From Candidatus Hydrothermarchaeum profundi (lineage in GTDB: Archaea > Hydrothermarchaeota > Hydrothermarchaeia > Hydrothermarchaeales > Hydrothermarchaeaceae): DNA of 64,000 nt. Position numbers and translations under genes: made by a program. Below, in pieces: positions 48,312-58,370 of the stretch; positions within the stretch are counted from its first letter, which is position 1; each line of letters begins with the position of its first letter. The notes beneath the pieces are model-generated. The model saw nothing but the letters and a program-made list of their open reading frames with translations, was not told where the DNA came from and did no database searches. The stretch is taken from the NCBI GenBank assembly GCA_002011125.2, contig MTMF02000009.1, positions 1,096,989-1,160,988 on the forward strand. Reading direction: 5' to 3'.

Positions 48312-48593
48312 TCACGCCTCCTCTATTTCTAGTTTCTTTATCCGGAAACCTTCGACGCTATGAGATTTCTTACATTCTTTGCATCTCAATATTAAACTGA
48401 CTTTTTTAGTGGGTTTACCAGCACCTTTTAGCTGGGGGCGTGGAAATCCTCCATATCCTTTCATAACCCGTCTAAATTGTCTCTGTCCTGCTTTAAGTTC
48501 ACTAGCTTTTCTTTTTTTAACTCTCAGAACCTCATGGATAGTATGGGCCTTACATGAAGGGCAATAGGTCCTTTTTTCTCTTGGCATCTTCAT
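48312..48593 (-). CDS. rpl44e: 50S ribosomal protein L44e
   Basis: [19 protein letters not shown] and KPTKK...[10 protein letters not shown]. Confidence 0.96.
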   Translation of the reverse strand: MKMPREKRTYCPSCKAHTIHEVLRVKKRKASELKAGQRQFRRVMKGYGGFPRPQLKGAGKPTKKVSLILRCKECKKSHSVEGFRIKKLEIEEA

Positions 48594-48656
48594 AGTAAAA
48601 ACCTCAATTCACTTGCGTTGTATAACTAATATAAATATTATGGTAGTTCTACTTCG

Positions 48657-49661
48657 CTATCTCCTTGATAAGAGGGCCCCAATTGCTCCTATAGCTGTGC
48701 ATGTTTCCAAAGGAACCCCTTTGCCGGTGATTTCAAGATGTCTGCGTGCACTAGCGAGAATATGTTTTGGTAGCCCCTGTCCTCCAAGTCCTATTAAAAT
48801 GCAAAGGACATTGTTGTCTTGTACGATTTCGGTTAGACTCGTACTCTTCTTTTGATCTGGGTTAGAAGTGGTTGCGACTATCTCTCCTAAATGAGGTGGT
48901 ATGCTTTTTAGATCTTTTATTATAAATAATCTACCCTCTTCTTTAAGTCTCCTAATGAAACTCTCTCCTTCCCCGATTTTACTTTCTGCTTCTACTATTG
49001 AGATAACTTCTCCTGTATTCGATGCTGGAAATCCTATGAGACATAGATTTAAATCAAAAGCGTAGCATACAGGAGCCGCTCTCGCAATAGCTCTAATTAG
49101 GGGATCTCTAAGTTTTTTGCCTTTATAAGTGTTAAATAAAGCCAGCGTAATTTTTTTAGCTTTTCCAGTTTTAGGATAATAAATTAGGTCTTTACTCTTT
49201 TTAAAGCTATCCTCTGAATAATTTTCCTTAATCTTATTGGATATATCTGGTATTTTAATACCAAGCAATGTAAGCCTTCTTGAAATTGTTTTTAAAATTT
49301 TTTGTTTTTGTTTAGGGTCGTTTATTGTTAATATTTTATCAATCGGTTTACTATAATCCTTCTCTCCAGCTTTAGACATCTCTATTATTATATGTTCTAG
49401 AATCTCGGCACGTCTCCATTCTTGTGGAACTTCTTCGGCAGCTTCTAATGCCATAGAAAAAATATTAGAGCTTTTCAGGTTTACATCCGCCATTCTTCTA
49501 GCTATCCATGAGAGAGCCTGAGCTTTATAGTATGGCTCAGCAATGTCAGAAGCCTTAATAATTAAAGGCTCGAAATTTTTTGCAGGACCTGTTATTTTTT
49601 TTGCGGTTCTTTTTAGAGAGCGAGCATATGATGGCCAATGTGGCAATTTCTTTCTTCTCAT
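48657..49661 (-). CDS. DUF531-like SPOUT methyltransferase domain with an N-terminal helical-repeat extension
   Basis: C-terminal TLALFNTY, RAIARAAPVCYAFD, VATTS, IGLG.QGLP and ITGKGVPLETCTAIG. Confidence 0.75.
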   Translation of the reverse strand: MRRKKLPHWPSYARSLKRTAKKITGPAKNFEPLIIKASDIAEPYYKAQALSWIARRMADVNLKSSNIFSMALEAAEEVPQEWRRAEILEHIIIEMSKAGEKDYSKPIDKILTINDPKQKQKILKTISRRLTLLGIKIPDISNKIKENYSEDSFKKSKDLIYYPKTGKAKKITLALFNTYKGKKLRDPLIRAIARAAPVCYAFDLNLCLIGFPASNTGEVISIVEAESKIGEGESFIRRLKEEGRLFIIKDLKSIPPHLGEIVATTSNPDQKKSTSLTEIVQDNNVLCILIGLGGQGLPKHILASARRHLEITGKGVPLETCTAIGAIGALLSRR

Positions 49662-49688
49662 TTTTTAGAACTCACATAAACACTTTTG

Positions 49689-50705
49689 TTATGAATCAAA
49701 ATAGGGATACCCCCTTATAGGAATTATAGTACCACATCTTGGACATTTATTCCCCTCCAGATGCCACTCGACTATCCCATAGCCTTCTCTCCTTATTAAC
49801 AACTTCTTACATTTTTCGCAATACGTATTCTTTCCTGGATGTGAAAAGATATTTTCTAGATACACATATTTTAGCCCTTTACTATATGCTAGATTTAATG
49901 CCTTCTCCATAATTTTTTCAGAAGGCGAATCAATTTTGTCCATTTTATAGCTTGGAAAGAATCTCAACAAGATCAGTGGAGAGTCAGCTTTTTTACTTAA
50001 ATGTATAGCTTCAGAAAGATTTTTTTCGTCATCATTAAAGCCGGGTATTATAACATAAACCAGCTCCAAATGCGTATTTTTACTTTTAAAAATATCTATT
50101 AAACGTAATAAATGAGTGTTATTAAATTTAAATCCACATACTTTAGAATAGAACTCTTGGTTACCCTTCACAGTCAAGGCAACCGCGTCTATATACTCAC
50201 AGATGGTTTTCAAGCCTTCAGGGGATATCAGTCCGTTAGTGGCAAATACGTTTAGGAGCCCATTTCCTTTAGCAAGCTCCATTATCTTAGCGTAGTATTC
50301 TATATTAAGAGTAGGCTCTGAATGGGTATATACTACACCTCTGCACTTCAGTTGTTTAGATGCTTCAACTATTTTATCGGCTTTAATATACTCCGCTCTA
50401 AATTCTTCCGGTTCTACTTGTGTTATACTCCAGGTTAAACAAAAAGCACATTTTAAGTTGCAACCAAAACTTCCTACAGTGATAAATCTGTGGTTAGGGT
50501 AAAAATGGTATAAAGGAGTTTTTTCAATGTAATCTGTGCTGAAACTTGAAAGCTTCTCATAGATTGTATTGTAAAGTTTTCCTTTTACATTAATTCTAAC
50601 CTTACAGAATCCTCTCTCACCCTCTTTTAAAAAACAATAGTGAGTACATAGCCGACAGTTTACTATGTTGTTTTTAAAAGAGCGATAACAGCAAGCTTCT
50701 TCCAT
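49689..50705 (-). CDS. AmmeMemoRadiSam/PflA-like radical SAM enzyme
   Basis: CRLCTHYC...GFCKVR, IEKTPLYHFYP, GCNLKCAFC, SEPT and NTYCEKC...CPRCG. Confidence 0.85.
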   Translation of the reverse strand: MEEACCYRSFKNNIVNCRLCTHYCFLKEGERGFCKVRINVKGKLYNTIYEKLSSFSTDYIEKTPLYHFYPNHRFITVGSFGCNLKCAFCLTWSITQVEPEEFRAEYIKADKIVEASKQLKCRGVVYTHSEPTLNIEYYAKIMELAKGNGLLNVFATNGLISPEGLKTICEYIDAVALTVKGNQEFYSKVCGFKFNNTHLLRLIDIFKSKNTHLELVYVIIPGFNDDEKNLSEAIHLSKKADSPLILLRFFPSYKMDKIDSPSEKIMEKALNLAYSKGLKYVYLENIFSHPGKNTYCEKCKKLLIRREGYGIVEWHLEGNKCPRCGTIIPIRGYPYFDS

Positions 50706-50737
50706 AGATTAAGACATCTATTTAACTTTAAGAAACT

Positions 50738-51937
50738 TCACATTAATTTGCTTAAGAAATAGCTAATAAGTTTCTCAGGTTTTTCTTGATCGGCTTCTAT
50801 GGTCAAGAAAGGTATGTCCACTCGAGATTTAATCTCACGATATGCATTGTAGACAGCTGAAGTCCCAAAGGGGCATTGCTTATTATATATTACTGCATCG
50901 ATCTCGTGGTATTTTATAAGATCTAGAAAGTCCCTTGCGGTTTCCTTGATTGTACCCATTCCAGAATGTCCTGCGTACCATTTAGCGAGAGCTCTGAGAG
51001 GGTCAGAATCGTCTTTTATTAGCTTTCTATGAGAAGTAAATCTCTGGTAGGGCCATCCCGCCGTAACAATACCCTTACTCTCCTCTATCGCATAGAGGAA
51101 CTCATTTCTAAAGCCTCCTGCGAGTAGGATTTTTTTACCCTCATATCCAATTCCTTGTTCTACCCTCTCTTTAAGTTCATTTTTAAGGATATAGCACGCC
51201 CCGAGTAATTCCTGCGTTATGCCTCCGATATAGTCTGTACATATTACCTTCAAGTTGTAGATGTCAAAACTTTTAAGTGGATGGGGCTCTTGTTTTACTA
51301 GATTATCGATTTCCTGAAACACTCGTGTGACATCGTTTGTAAGTTCAATGCTCTGCTGAAGGCTTTCATCTGTTATTTCTGTGCCGGCTAGTTTCTCTAA
51401 TTTATCTTTTAAATAGCACAGTTTATCATATATGGCTCTTTCCCTCTCCTTCCTTGTGAGACCTTCCTCAATTTCTATAAAATCAAATTCCCATTCCTGG
51501 CCAATTTTACGTAGCAGTATATTCCACTCTGGGATCTTCGGCACGAAATCTGTTATCACTAGATCATACCCGGGGCATGCACCTAAAATGGGGGACCCAG
51601 CAGCACCGCTAACATATCTACATACGCATTCTCCGATTCCAAAATGATAAATCCACTTGCTGAGTTTATAATCTCCTTTTATAATCGTTCTATTTAAGTC
51701 CTCTCTCCTCTTGTATATTATTGAAAAAACGTTAGCTGCTCTCAATACCTCTATTGGAGGATTAGCGAGGGTACCTACAACTTTTCCGCCTTTTTTAATA
51801 TGTTTTGCCCAGTTGTCCCACACACTGGCATTATGCTGGTAAATTAGTCTTATTCCCTCTAATTCTCTGATATCGCTGTAGAGAGGTAGAGCTTTTTCAT
51901 CTACTGAAAGAGCAGTTCTTGAGTACATGTAAGACAA
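50738..51937 (-). CDS. 2-hydroxyacyl-CoA dehydratase subunit-like (HgdB/FldC family) Fe-S protein
   Basis: PPIEVLRAA, CVCRYV, LEKLAGTEITDESL..SIELTN, IDAVIY..QC and IPFLTIEAD. Confidence 0.7.
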   Translation of the reverse strand: MSYMYSRTALSVDEKALPLYSDIRELEGIRLIYQHNASVWDNWAKHIKKGGKVVGTLANPPIEVLRAANVFSIIYKRREDLNRTIIKGDYKLSKWIYHFGIGECVCRYVSGAAGSPILGACPGYDLVITDFVPKIPEWNILLRKIGQEWEFDFIEIEEGLTRKERERAIYDKLCYLKDKLEKLAGTEITDESLQQSIELTNDVTRVFQEIDNLVKQEPHPLKSFDIYNLKVICTDYIGGITQELLGACYILKNELKERVEQGIGYEGKKILLAGGFRNEFLYAIEESKGIVTAGWPYQRFTSHRKLIKDDSDPLRALAKWYAGHSGMGTIKETARDFLDLIKYHEIDAVIYNKQCPFGTSAVYNAYREIKSRVDIPFLTIEADQEKPEKLISYFLSKLM

Positions 51938-51987
51938 CCCTATTAACCTCTCCTCTACGTCTATCTATCTAGCTATTTCTTGGATGA

Positions 51988-52980
51988 TTATTGTATAAAA
52001 GATTTTTGGACCTTTAATATCCCCTGCCGGAATTCTACTTTATCGTATATATCGTAGTAGAAGGTCATCTCTCTTTTTTCAATTTGCTTCATTCCTTTTT
52101 TGCCTAGTGTTATTTCTATACATGTTGAATTGAAATTGGGATCATATTGTGGTCTCCATAGAGCTATCTCCCAGAGGTCTTGTGGATAGAAATCTTCTTT
52201 ATATCTTGAGGTAATTGGCTCAAGGATTATCATAGTGCCTCCTTTTTTCACAACTCTACAAGCGTCAGCTAGAACTTCCTGAGGGTTGGAGACATATTCT
52301 AGGAGAGCATCACATACCACAAGATCAAAAGCTTCTTCCTTGAACGGAAAGCCAACCTCAGCATCATAAGCGATGAAACTAGCCGAGCTACTCCGTAGCC
52401 ATTCTTTAGTTCTTTTAAGGATTTCCATAGATATATTAAGGCATGTTAGACTACCCTTTTTGTCGTAGTATCTCAAGTATTCTTTAATTCCGGTAGATGC
52501 ATCTAAGACTAATAGTTCCCTAGTGGTTTTTCCCAATTCTAGGAAATTCTTAATCCTTTCTTCCCTTAGCTCAAAAGGCTCTGAGATATTGCCTTTTCCA
52601 AGAGGCATTTGCTCATATAAGTTGTAAAATTTTTTTCTTGGTATAAACTCTATTAAATATCCTCTATTCTTTGTAAGATTTCTAGCTCTCCCTCGGTTAT
52701 CTAAAAATACTTCATATTTCTCTTTATTTTTTTCAAATACCGCTATTATGGTCCTATCAGATTTCTCTAAATATGATAACGTAAAGGGACTTCCAGAGCC
52801 TAGGTATGGTCTAATCACGACCCAGCAGAAGCCTTCTCTCAACTCATTACTTGTGTGTAACTTGCAGAGGATACCCTCACTAAAGAGCTTTTTTATTTCA
52901 TAACCGTAATTAGTTTTTCTGCATTGTCCAAAAGTATGTATAGCTCTTTTCCTGCCTTTTCTAAGACCTATCCTCTGCAT
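51988..52980 (-). CDS. Class I SAM-dependent methyltransferase with an unrecognised N-terminal domain
   Basis: VLDASTG (degenerate motif I), DAE..FPFKEEAFDLVVC...LEY and RVVKKGG. Confidence 0.7.
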   Translation of the reverse strand: MQRIGLRKGRKRAIHTFGQCRKTNYGYEIKKLFSEGILCKLHTSNELREGFCWVVIRPYLGSGSPFTLSYLEKSDRTIIAVFEKNKEKYEVFLDNRGRARNLTKNRGYLIEFIPRKKFYNLYEQMPLGKGNISEPFELREERIKNFLELGKTTRELLVLDASTGIKEYLRYYDKKGSLTCLNISMEILKRTKEWLRSSSASFIAYDAEVGFPFKEEAFDLVVCDALLEYVSNPQEVLADACRVVKKGGTMIILEPITSRYKEDFYPQDLWEIALWRPQYDPNFNSTCIEITLGKKGMKQIEKREMTFYYDIYDKVEFRQGILKVQKSFIQ

Positions 52981-53010
52981 AAGAATGATTAGAATAGTAA
53001 TTCTGGGATA

Positions 53011-53715
53011 TTATAATTTTCTAATTTTAAAAATTCCTGCACATGTTTTGCAGAGAACTTCACTGTTCCTTGTTATAGTTCTGGAACTCTCCACGTATTC
53101 TCCGCAGTCATCGCAGTTAATAGGGTTTGTTATATACTGTTGATCTAGAGGATATTGCAATTTTTTTGGGTCGACCTTTACGCTGGTGACAATGAATAGT
53201 TCGTCGTCATCCATTTTGTGCCACTTTCTTATTAACTTGGCTTCCTCTTCATCTAATTTTGCTCTTGCATTACGTGCTTCTTCTAGAGTTCTGTCTTTCA
53301 GTTTTAAATAAAATTCATTAAGTTTTTTTCCATACTCGATATGTTCTTTATCTACTTCTGGTCTGAGGGATACTCTAACAGCTTTACCTGTTCTACGATT
53401 ACAGAAAATAGAGGAGAACTTTCCATGATCTAGAAATACCAGTCTACCGCTCCCAAAGCTACATGTTGTTGCACTTGCAATGCCATCAGCAGCGCATGTA
53501 AGAATTTCCACTGCGGCACAAAGATCTTTCTTTCTCTCTAAATCTAGATAAGTAACAGCAAGTAAAGCCATTCTCGCCCCAAGATAAGAAGCCGTACAAA
53601 CATGGCCATGGATCTTTGGAACAATTTTGAGAGTTTCTTTTAGTGAAGGGAACTCTACTCTACCTTTTCTTTTTTTCTCTAAAAAAGGCTCAATATCAAA
53701 TTCTGGAATAGCCAT
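53011..53715 (-). CDS. FmdE-family protein with C-terminal zinc finger
   Basis: IHGHVC.ASYLG, E...CAADGI...TCSFGSGRL and CDDCGE...CKTC. Start probably ATG 53715 (track start is 53781). Confidence 0.82.
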   Translation of the reverse strand: MAIPEFDIEPFLEKKRKGRVEFPSLKETLKIVPKIHGHVCTASYLGARMALLAVTYLDLERKKDLCAAVEILTCAADGIASATTCSFGSGRLVFLDHGKFSSIFCNRRTGKAVRVSLRPEVDKEHIEYGKKLNEFYLKLKDRTLEEARNARAKLDEEEAKLIRKWHKMDDDELFIVTSVKVDPKKLQYPLDQQYITNPINCDDCGEYVESSRTITRNSEVLCKTCAGIFKIRKL

Positions 53716-53802
53716 AATTGGAATTTCAAATGAAGTTAGTGATAAAATTATCTGAGTGAAAATTTTATAAAAAGGAGCCATTCGAGGTGTAGATAGCGCT
53801 TT

Positions 53803-55137
53803 TCATGTAGCATGTAATGCAATGCTTCTGAAAGATTTCCTCTCCAGGCCCTCACTAATCTTAGTGACCATAGGCTTCTCTTCTAATACCTCTATATCAG
53901 GTAGTGTAGTGTTCATTATTCTTGTAATAGAATCGAAGAGCATTCTCCTCAAGTCGCTATTAGAAAAGTTCTGGGTTTCTATAACTGGATTGAGATGATG
54001 ATACTCACGCCATTGGCGAGTAAGAATCTTTATTCCGATATTCTCGGCTTTCCTGTAGAGATAACTTCCTGGGTAGGGAGTCTGAACTGCGAAAGTAACT
54101 TCTCCTCCTAGTTTTTTGATTTTTAAGGCTAATTTTAAAGTAGCTTTAAATTCCTTTTCAGTCTCAGTAGGATGTCCTATCATGAATCCACATACTGGTG
54201 TGATGCCTTCTTGGACAAAGTTTTTTACAATTCTTAGAACTTCTCTTATTCGAATACCTTTATTTATCAAGTCCACAAGTCTTTGAGAGCCGCTCTCTAT
54301 CCCAAACCGCCCTACTTTACAGCCTGCCTTGGCCATTGCCGTGATGACTTCACTGTCGACATGATCCAATCGTAGTTCAGTGAGCCATTCCATATCCAGT
54401 TTTTTAACAGAGTTGCAGATTTCTAATACTCTTCTTTTATCAAATGCGAAATTAGGGTCTATAATGAAAAAAGAATCAAACCCTAGACTTTGGATGTATA
54501 TTAACTCGTCAACGACTTTTTCAGCTTTTCTAAGCCTAAGACGGCCGGCAATACTTCTAGCACAACAATATCTACAGTAATACGCACATCCCCTGCTGGT
54601 AGCAACTGCGCCGGGGTATGTGTATTTCCACAAATCCAATAGATGACGTGCTGGTAGAGGTAAAGAATCAAGATCTTTAACTCTGTGGCTTCCGTTTTTT
54701 CGAATTTTGTTATTTTCTTTATACACCAGACCCTTTATTGTTGGTGTGGTCCCTTTTTCAAGAGCTTTAAGTAGCTCACCTATTACTAGTTCACCTTCAC
54801 CTACCACTACAAAGTCGAATCCGTCATCTAAAACCTCATCCGGCAAAGCAGTCGCGTGAGGCCCCCCTATTATAACTTTCTTTTTTTGCTTTTTAGCTAA
54901 ATAAAGTATCTTGAGAGCTTCGTGATAGTTATTGGTGTAGCAAGAGACTCCTATTAGTTTTGCTTTTTTTATTTTTCTTTCAAGTTTTTCATTTGTGACG
55001 TTTAAGTCGATTATACCGGTTTTAAAGCCTCCTTGTTCAGCTAAAGCGGCAATATAAGCGACTCCAAGTGGAGGAACAGTTATATCTGCTTCTGAAATAC
55101 TTCTAGACTGCCTAACTTCTACTAATAATAAATCCAT
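53803..55137 (-). CDS. Cobalamin-binding radical SAM enzyme
   Basis: PPLGVAYIAA, IIGGPHAT, VVGEGE, TSRGCAYYCRYC, FGIESGS, FMIGHPTET and TPYPGS. Confidence 0.92.
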   Translation of the reverse strand: MDLLLVEVRQSRSISEADITVPPLGVAYIAALAEQGGFKTGIIDLNVTNEKLERKIKKAKLIGVSCYTNNYHEALKILYLAKKQKKKVIIGGPHATALPDEVLDDGFDFVVVGEGELVIGELLKALEKGTTPTIKGLVYKENNKIRKNGSHRVKDLDSLPLPARHLLDLWKYTYPGAVATSRGCAYYCRYCCARSIAGRLRLRKAEKVVDELIYIQSLGFDSFFIIDPNFAFDKRRVLEICNSVKKLDMEWLTELRLDHVDSEVITAMAKAGCKVGRFGIESGSQRLVDLINKGIRIREVLRIVKNFVQEGITPVCGFMIGHPTETEKEFKATLKLALKIKKLGGEVTFAVQTPYPGSYLYRKAENIGIKILTRQWREYHHLNPVIETQNFSNSDLRRMLFDSITRIMNTTLPDIEVLEEKPMVTKISEGLERKSFRSIALHAT

Positions 55138-55138
55138 C

Positions 55139-55399
55139 TCAAATCTCCACTAGTCCTAAAGTTTTTAGTTTCTCAATAAAATCCGCAATTTCTTTTTCGG
55201 TAGCCGCCCTAAATTTTCTTTTATATAACTCAACTATTCCTGTTTCATCAACTTCCCCTATCAATTTCCATATAAAAGTAGCTTTTTTATTGAGTATGTA
55301 AAGACCCTTATTAGTTGCAATATATGTCTTTTCTCTTTCTTCTTTCCATAATACCTTGGCTTTAATAGGGACTGCATTATTTAATTTTATAGAAGACAT
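55139..55399 (-). CDS. PqqD-like / RiPP recognition element protein
   Basis: 86 aa with three short beta strands, then YILNKKATFIWKLI and EIADFIEKLKTLGLVE, the typical PqqD pattern. Lies 1 nt upstream of the radical SAM gene. Confidence 0.75.
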   Translation of the reverse strand: MSSIKLNNAVPIKAKVLWKEEREKTYIATNKGLYILNKKATFIWKLIGEVDETGIVELYKRKFRAATEKEIADFIEKLKTLGLVEI

Positions 55400-55509
55400 A
55401 TTTCTTTCCCAGTTTAGTTACATCGTATTTGTGAATTGTAAAGAATACATAAGGTAATCTATGTATAGAAGTAAATTGAGCCAGAAAATTTCCTGCATTA
55501 TTTCCATTC

Positions 55510-56274
55510 TTAGAACGAGATACTTTGTATCTCTCTCTTCCATCGTGTTAGTCTCCTCTCTACTCTAACCATGATTTCATTAAAGAAAAATCCAATAAAG
55601 CCGATAGTGAATATCCCTGCGAACATTTTATCAGTTTTAAAAGTGTACTCTGCTTCTATTATCATTAAACCTAAGCCAGATCTAGCTCCTATCATTTCAG
55701 TCACGATCAGCAGAATCAGAGATACTGCCAAACTTAATCTAAGGCCCGTCATTATCGAGGGGAAGGCAGAAGGTAGTACTATTTTAGTTAAAGTTTGAAG
55801 CCTATTAGCTCCAAAAAGTTTAGCAACTTTCAGGAGGTTAACATCTACCTGTCTTACTCCCGATATAGTGTTCAATATGATAGGAAAATAGCAAGCGAAA
55901 GCTATAATCATTATCTTCGATAAGTTACCTATACCGAACCACAATATTGCAACCGGAATTAAAGCAACCGCGGGTATCGGCCTGAAAAGTTCAACTAGAG
56001 GGTTCGTCAAATCTTCGACTGTATTAAACCATGCTATAAGAATACCATGAGGTACTGCTATAATTGCCGCCAATAAGAAACCTAAAATAGCTCTATAAAG
56101 GCTTATGGTAGTATGTGTTATTAGTTCGCCACTTTGAAGTAATTTTATGATAGTGAGAAATATCTTACTTGGAGCAGGTAGAAAAATTGGGTTCACTAAT
56201 CCAAAATAGCAAATCCCTTCCCACACTAGGAAAAATCCCACAAGCGAGAAGGTCTTTCGTACTTTTCTATTCAT
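55510..56274 (-). CDS. ABC transporter permease, SsuC/TauC family
   Basis: FLPAPS, RPIPAVALIP, EAA loop AKLFGA..LQTLTKIVLPSAFPSIMTGLR and TEMIG. Confidence 0.92.
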   Translation of the reverse strand: MNRKVRKTFSLVGFFLVWEGICYFGLVNPIFLPAPSKIFLTIIKLLQSGELITHTTISLYRAILGFLLAAIIAVPHGILIAWFNTVEDLTNPLVELFRPIPAVALIPVAILWFGIGNLSKIMIIAFACYFPIILNTISGVRQVDVNLLKVAKLFGANRLQTLTKIVLPSAFPSIMTGLRLSLAVSLILLIVTEMIGARSGLGLMIIEAEYTFKTDKMFAGIFTIGFIGFFFNEIMVRVERRLTRWKREIQSISF

Positions 56275-57227
56275 AGGAATCTATAGTCAATAAATTCATT
56301 TACAGTAACGTTTCTTCCAAGTGATTCAGGATCATATTTTTTAATTGCATCGATAATTTTTTTGAATGATTCATCGCTTACACGGCCAGAGGGATTAAAT
56401 TCTGGCCAAGGTATCTTCTTAGTTACTTCTATAGGAAGTCCCGTATCCATGGCTGCTATCTCCGGTACTTTATCTGGATTATCTATTGCCCACTGCAATC
56501 CCCTAAGATAGGCTTTAATGAAACTTTTTACCTTATCTGGATGGTTTTGTATGAAATCTTCGGTAAAGAATACCATTCCAAAGGGAACTCCCTCAGGGAA
56601 GACATCAGCTGGAGTGAAAACAACGTTTACTTTGTCTTCTAATTGAGGCATGGCCATCGGGAATACGAAAGCAGCATCTACTTCCCCATTTAAAAGAGCT
56701 TGAGGCATATTTGGGATTTTTACCTGCGTTATAGTAACTTCTGTATTGGGGTCTATCCCATTTTGCTCTAATCCTACTCTTAAGGTTAAATCAAGGAGGG
56801 TGCCTAATCGATGTACTGCTATTGTCTTTCCTTTTAGATCCGCCATATCCTCTATACCTGACGACTTTAAAACAACGAGATAGTCCCCGGGTTTTTCTTT
56901 AGTTCCTACTTCGCCTACTGCAACCACCTTAATTGGTACATCTTTTGACACCGCTCTAATTATCGCAGGAGTGGAGCCTATGACTCCTCCATCAAGTTCC
57001 CCTGCGATAACTGCTTCAATTACAGACGATCCTCCTCTAAAGCTTATCCATGAAATGTTCAATCCCTCCTCTTCATAAAATCCGTTATACATAGCGTAGA
57101 CTTCTGGTTGTGCAACGCCACCTAAGTATCCGATCCGAATAGTTGGTTCCTCTTTTTCTATGGGGCTAGAGGTAATACAACCTATAGTAACTATAAATAA
57201 TAGAATTCCTATAAGAAATCTCATCAA
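56271..57227 (-). CDS. ABC transporter substrate-binding lipoprotein, SsuA/TauA/NMT1 family
   Basis: Lipobox-like TIGC, IRIGY, GFYEEEGL, DLKGKTIAV and ALLNGEVDAA. Confidence 0.9.
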   Translation of the reverse strand: MMRFLIGILLFIVTIGCITSSPIEKEEPTIRIGYLGGVAQPEVYAMYNGFYEEEGLNISWISFRGGSSVIEAVIAGELDGGVIGSTPAIIRAVSKDVPIKVVAVGEVGTKEKPGDYLVVLKSSGIEDMADLKGKTIAVHRLGTLLDLTLRVGLEQNGIDPNTEVTITQVKIPNMPQALLNGEVDAAFVFPMAMPQLEDKVNVVFTPADVFPEGVPFGMVFFTEDFIQNHPDKVKSFIKAYLRGLQWAIDNPDKVPEIAAMDTGLPIEVTKKIPWPEFNPSGRVSDESFKKIIDAIKKYDPESLGRNVTVNEFIDYRFL

Positions 57228-57317
57228 ACCACCTTTTTATTTTTTAATAATATTATATGTAAATATTTTTTTTAATATAAAATAAATATATAAATACTTT
57301 ACGGAGAGTAATAAAGT

Positions 57318-58370
57318 ATGGATATTGCTAATTTAAAAATGGAGTTGCAGGCGAAAGGGGTTAAAATTGACTATTCTTTAGAAGAGAAAATAGTTAAAAA
57401 ATTTCCAACAGCGACGAGCGACTATATGTCTTTTCTTATAGGAGATGTACCCGTAGCCATGTTGAATGGATACTACACTGATTCGTCACCTTTCGAAATA
57501 AAAATGAGGGGAAATAAATTCAGCATTTTTAAAAATGGAGATTTTTTGACGGATGTAGAGTTTCTTCAGCGGCCACGATTTTTTGATATATCTACGTCGG
57601 ATGGAGTTAGTATGGAAAAACTTGGCAAACTTGTTGCTCCTGGCTTCTTGATTGTCTACATGACAACTGGATGTATCTATTGGGGGGAGGCTCAATGTAA
57701 ATTTTGTGTAACAGGGTATATAGATACTTTGAAAATCAAAAAAGCTAGTTGGATAGCGGAATTAGCAGAAAAAGGGGCGAAGGAAATAAAGTCTCATATT
57801 GCCTTAACATCAGGGGCATTACCCAAGGATAGGGGAAGCAAATTACTCGCCGAGACTGTTAATTCTATAAAAGAAAGGGTAAATATACCTGTTTCGGTAA
57901 ATTTAGAGCCGCCACGGAATATGGGATGGTTAGACAAACTCTCGAATGCTGACTCCATATACATAAATTTGGAAGTATATGACGAAAAAGCTAGAGCACT
58001 ATTTTTACCCGGAAAAAGCGAATTTAAGCTTGAGTATTATGATAGAATATTTAAACGTTGTTTAGAAGTATTTGAGGAGAATCAGGTTGGTTCGGTATTG
58101 CTCGCTGGGTTAGAAGGCGAGAATACGTACCTAGAGGGTGTTGAGCATTTAGCGAGTTTAGGAGTCATGCCGGTAGTTATCCCTTTTTATCCCACATCTT
58201 TATCAAAGTTAAATTCCTTAAAACCACCTAGTGCAACTAAAATGAAGGAGATTTATCTTAACTCTATTGACATTATAAAGAGTTATGGATTAGATCCTTT
58301 TAAAACGAAAGCAGGATTTATGAGGGGTGGAGCATTGACTGCTATAAAGGAAGTGATGCGTGGTGTATAA
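57318..58370 (+). CDS. Radical SAM protein with a Cx7Cx2C motif (MSMEG_0568/NitD-like)
   Basis: ELQAKGV, PRFF..STSDGV...K, CIYWGEAQCKFC, LTSG, EPP, PGK, LAGLE and GVMPVVIPF.P. Confidence 0.7.
   Translation: MDIANLKMELQAKGVKIDYSLEEKIVKKFPTATSDYMSFLIGDVPVAMLNGYYTDSSPFEIKMRGNKFSIFKNGDFLTDVEFLQRPRFFDISTSDGVSMEKLGKLVAPGFLIVYMTTGCIYWGEAQCKFCVTGYIDTLKIKKASWIAELAEKGAKEIKSHIALTSGALPKDRGSKLLAETVNSIKERVNIPVSVNLEPPRNMGWLDKLSNADSIYINLEVYDEKARALFLPGKSEFKLEYYDRIFKRCLEVFEENQVGSVLLAGLEGENTYLEGVEHLASLGVMPVVIPFYPTSLSKLNSLKPPSATKMKEIYLNSIDIIKSYGLDPFKTKAGFMRGGALTAIKEVMRGV

Noticed and set aside
55418-55507. 29-codon minus-strand ORF (MEIMQEIFWLNLLLYIDYLMYSLQFTNTM) as RiPP precursor upstream of the RRE gene
   Set aside because: The position is suggestive, but there is no clear RBS or leader/core pattern and the composition fits random AT-rich sequence. 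It cannot be supported without conservation data.
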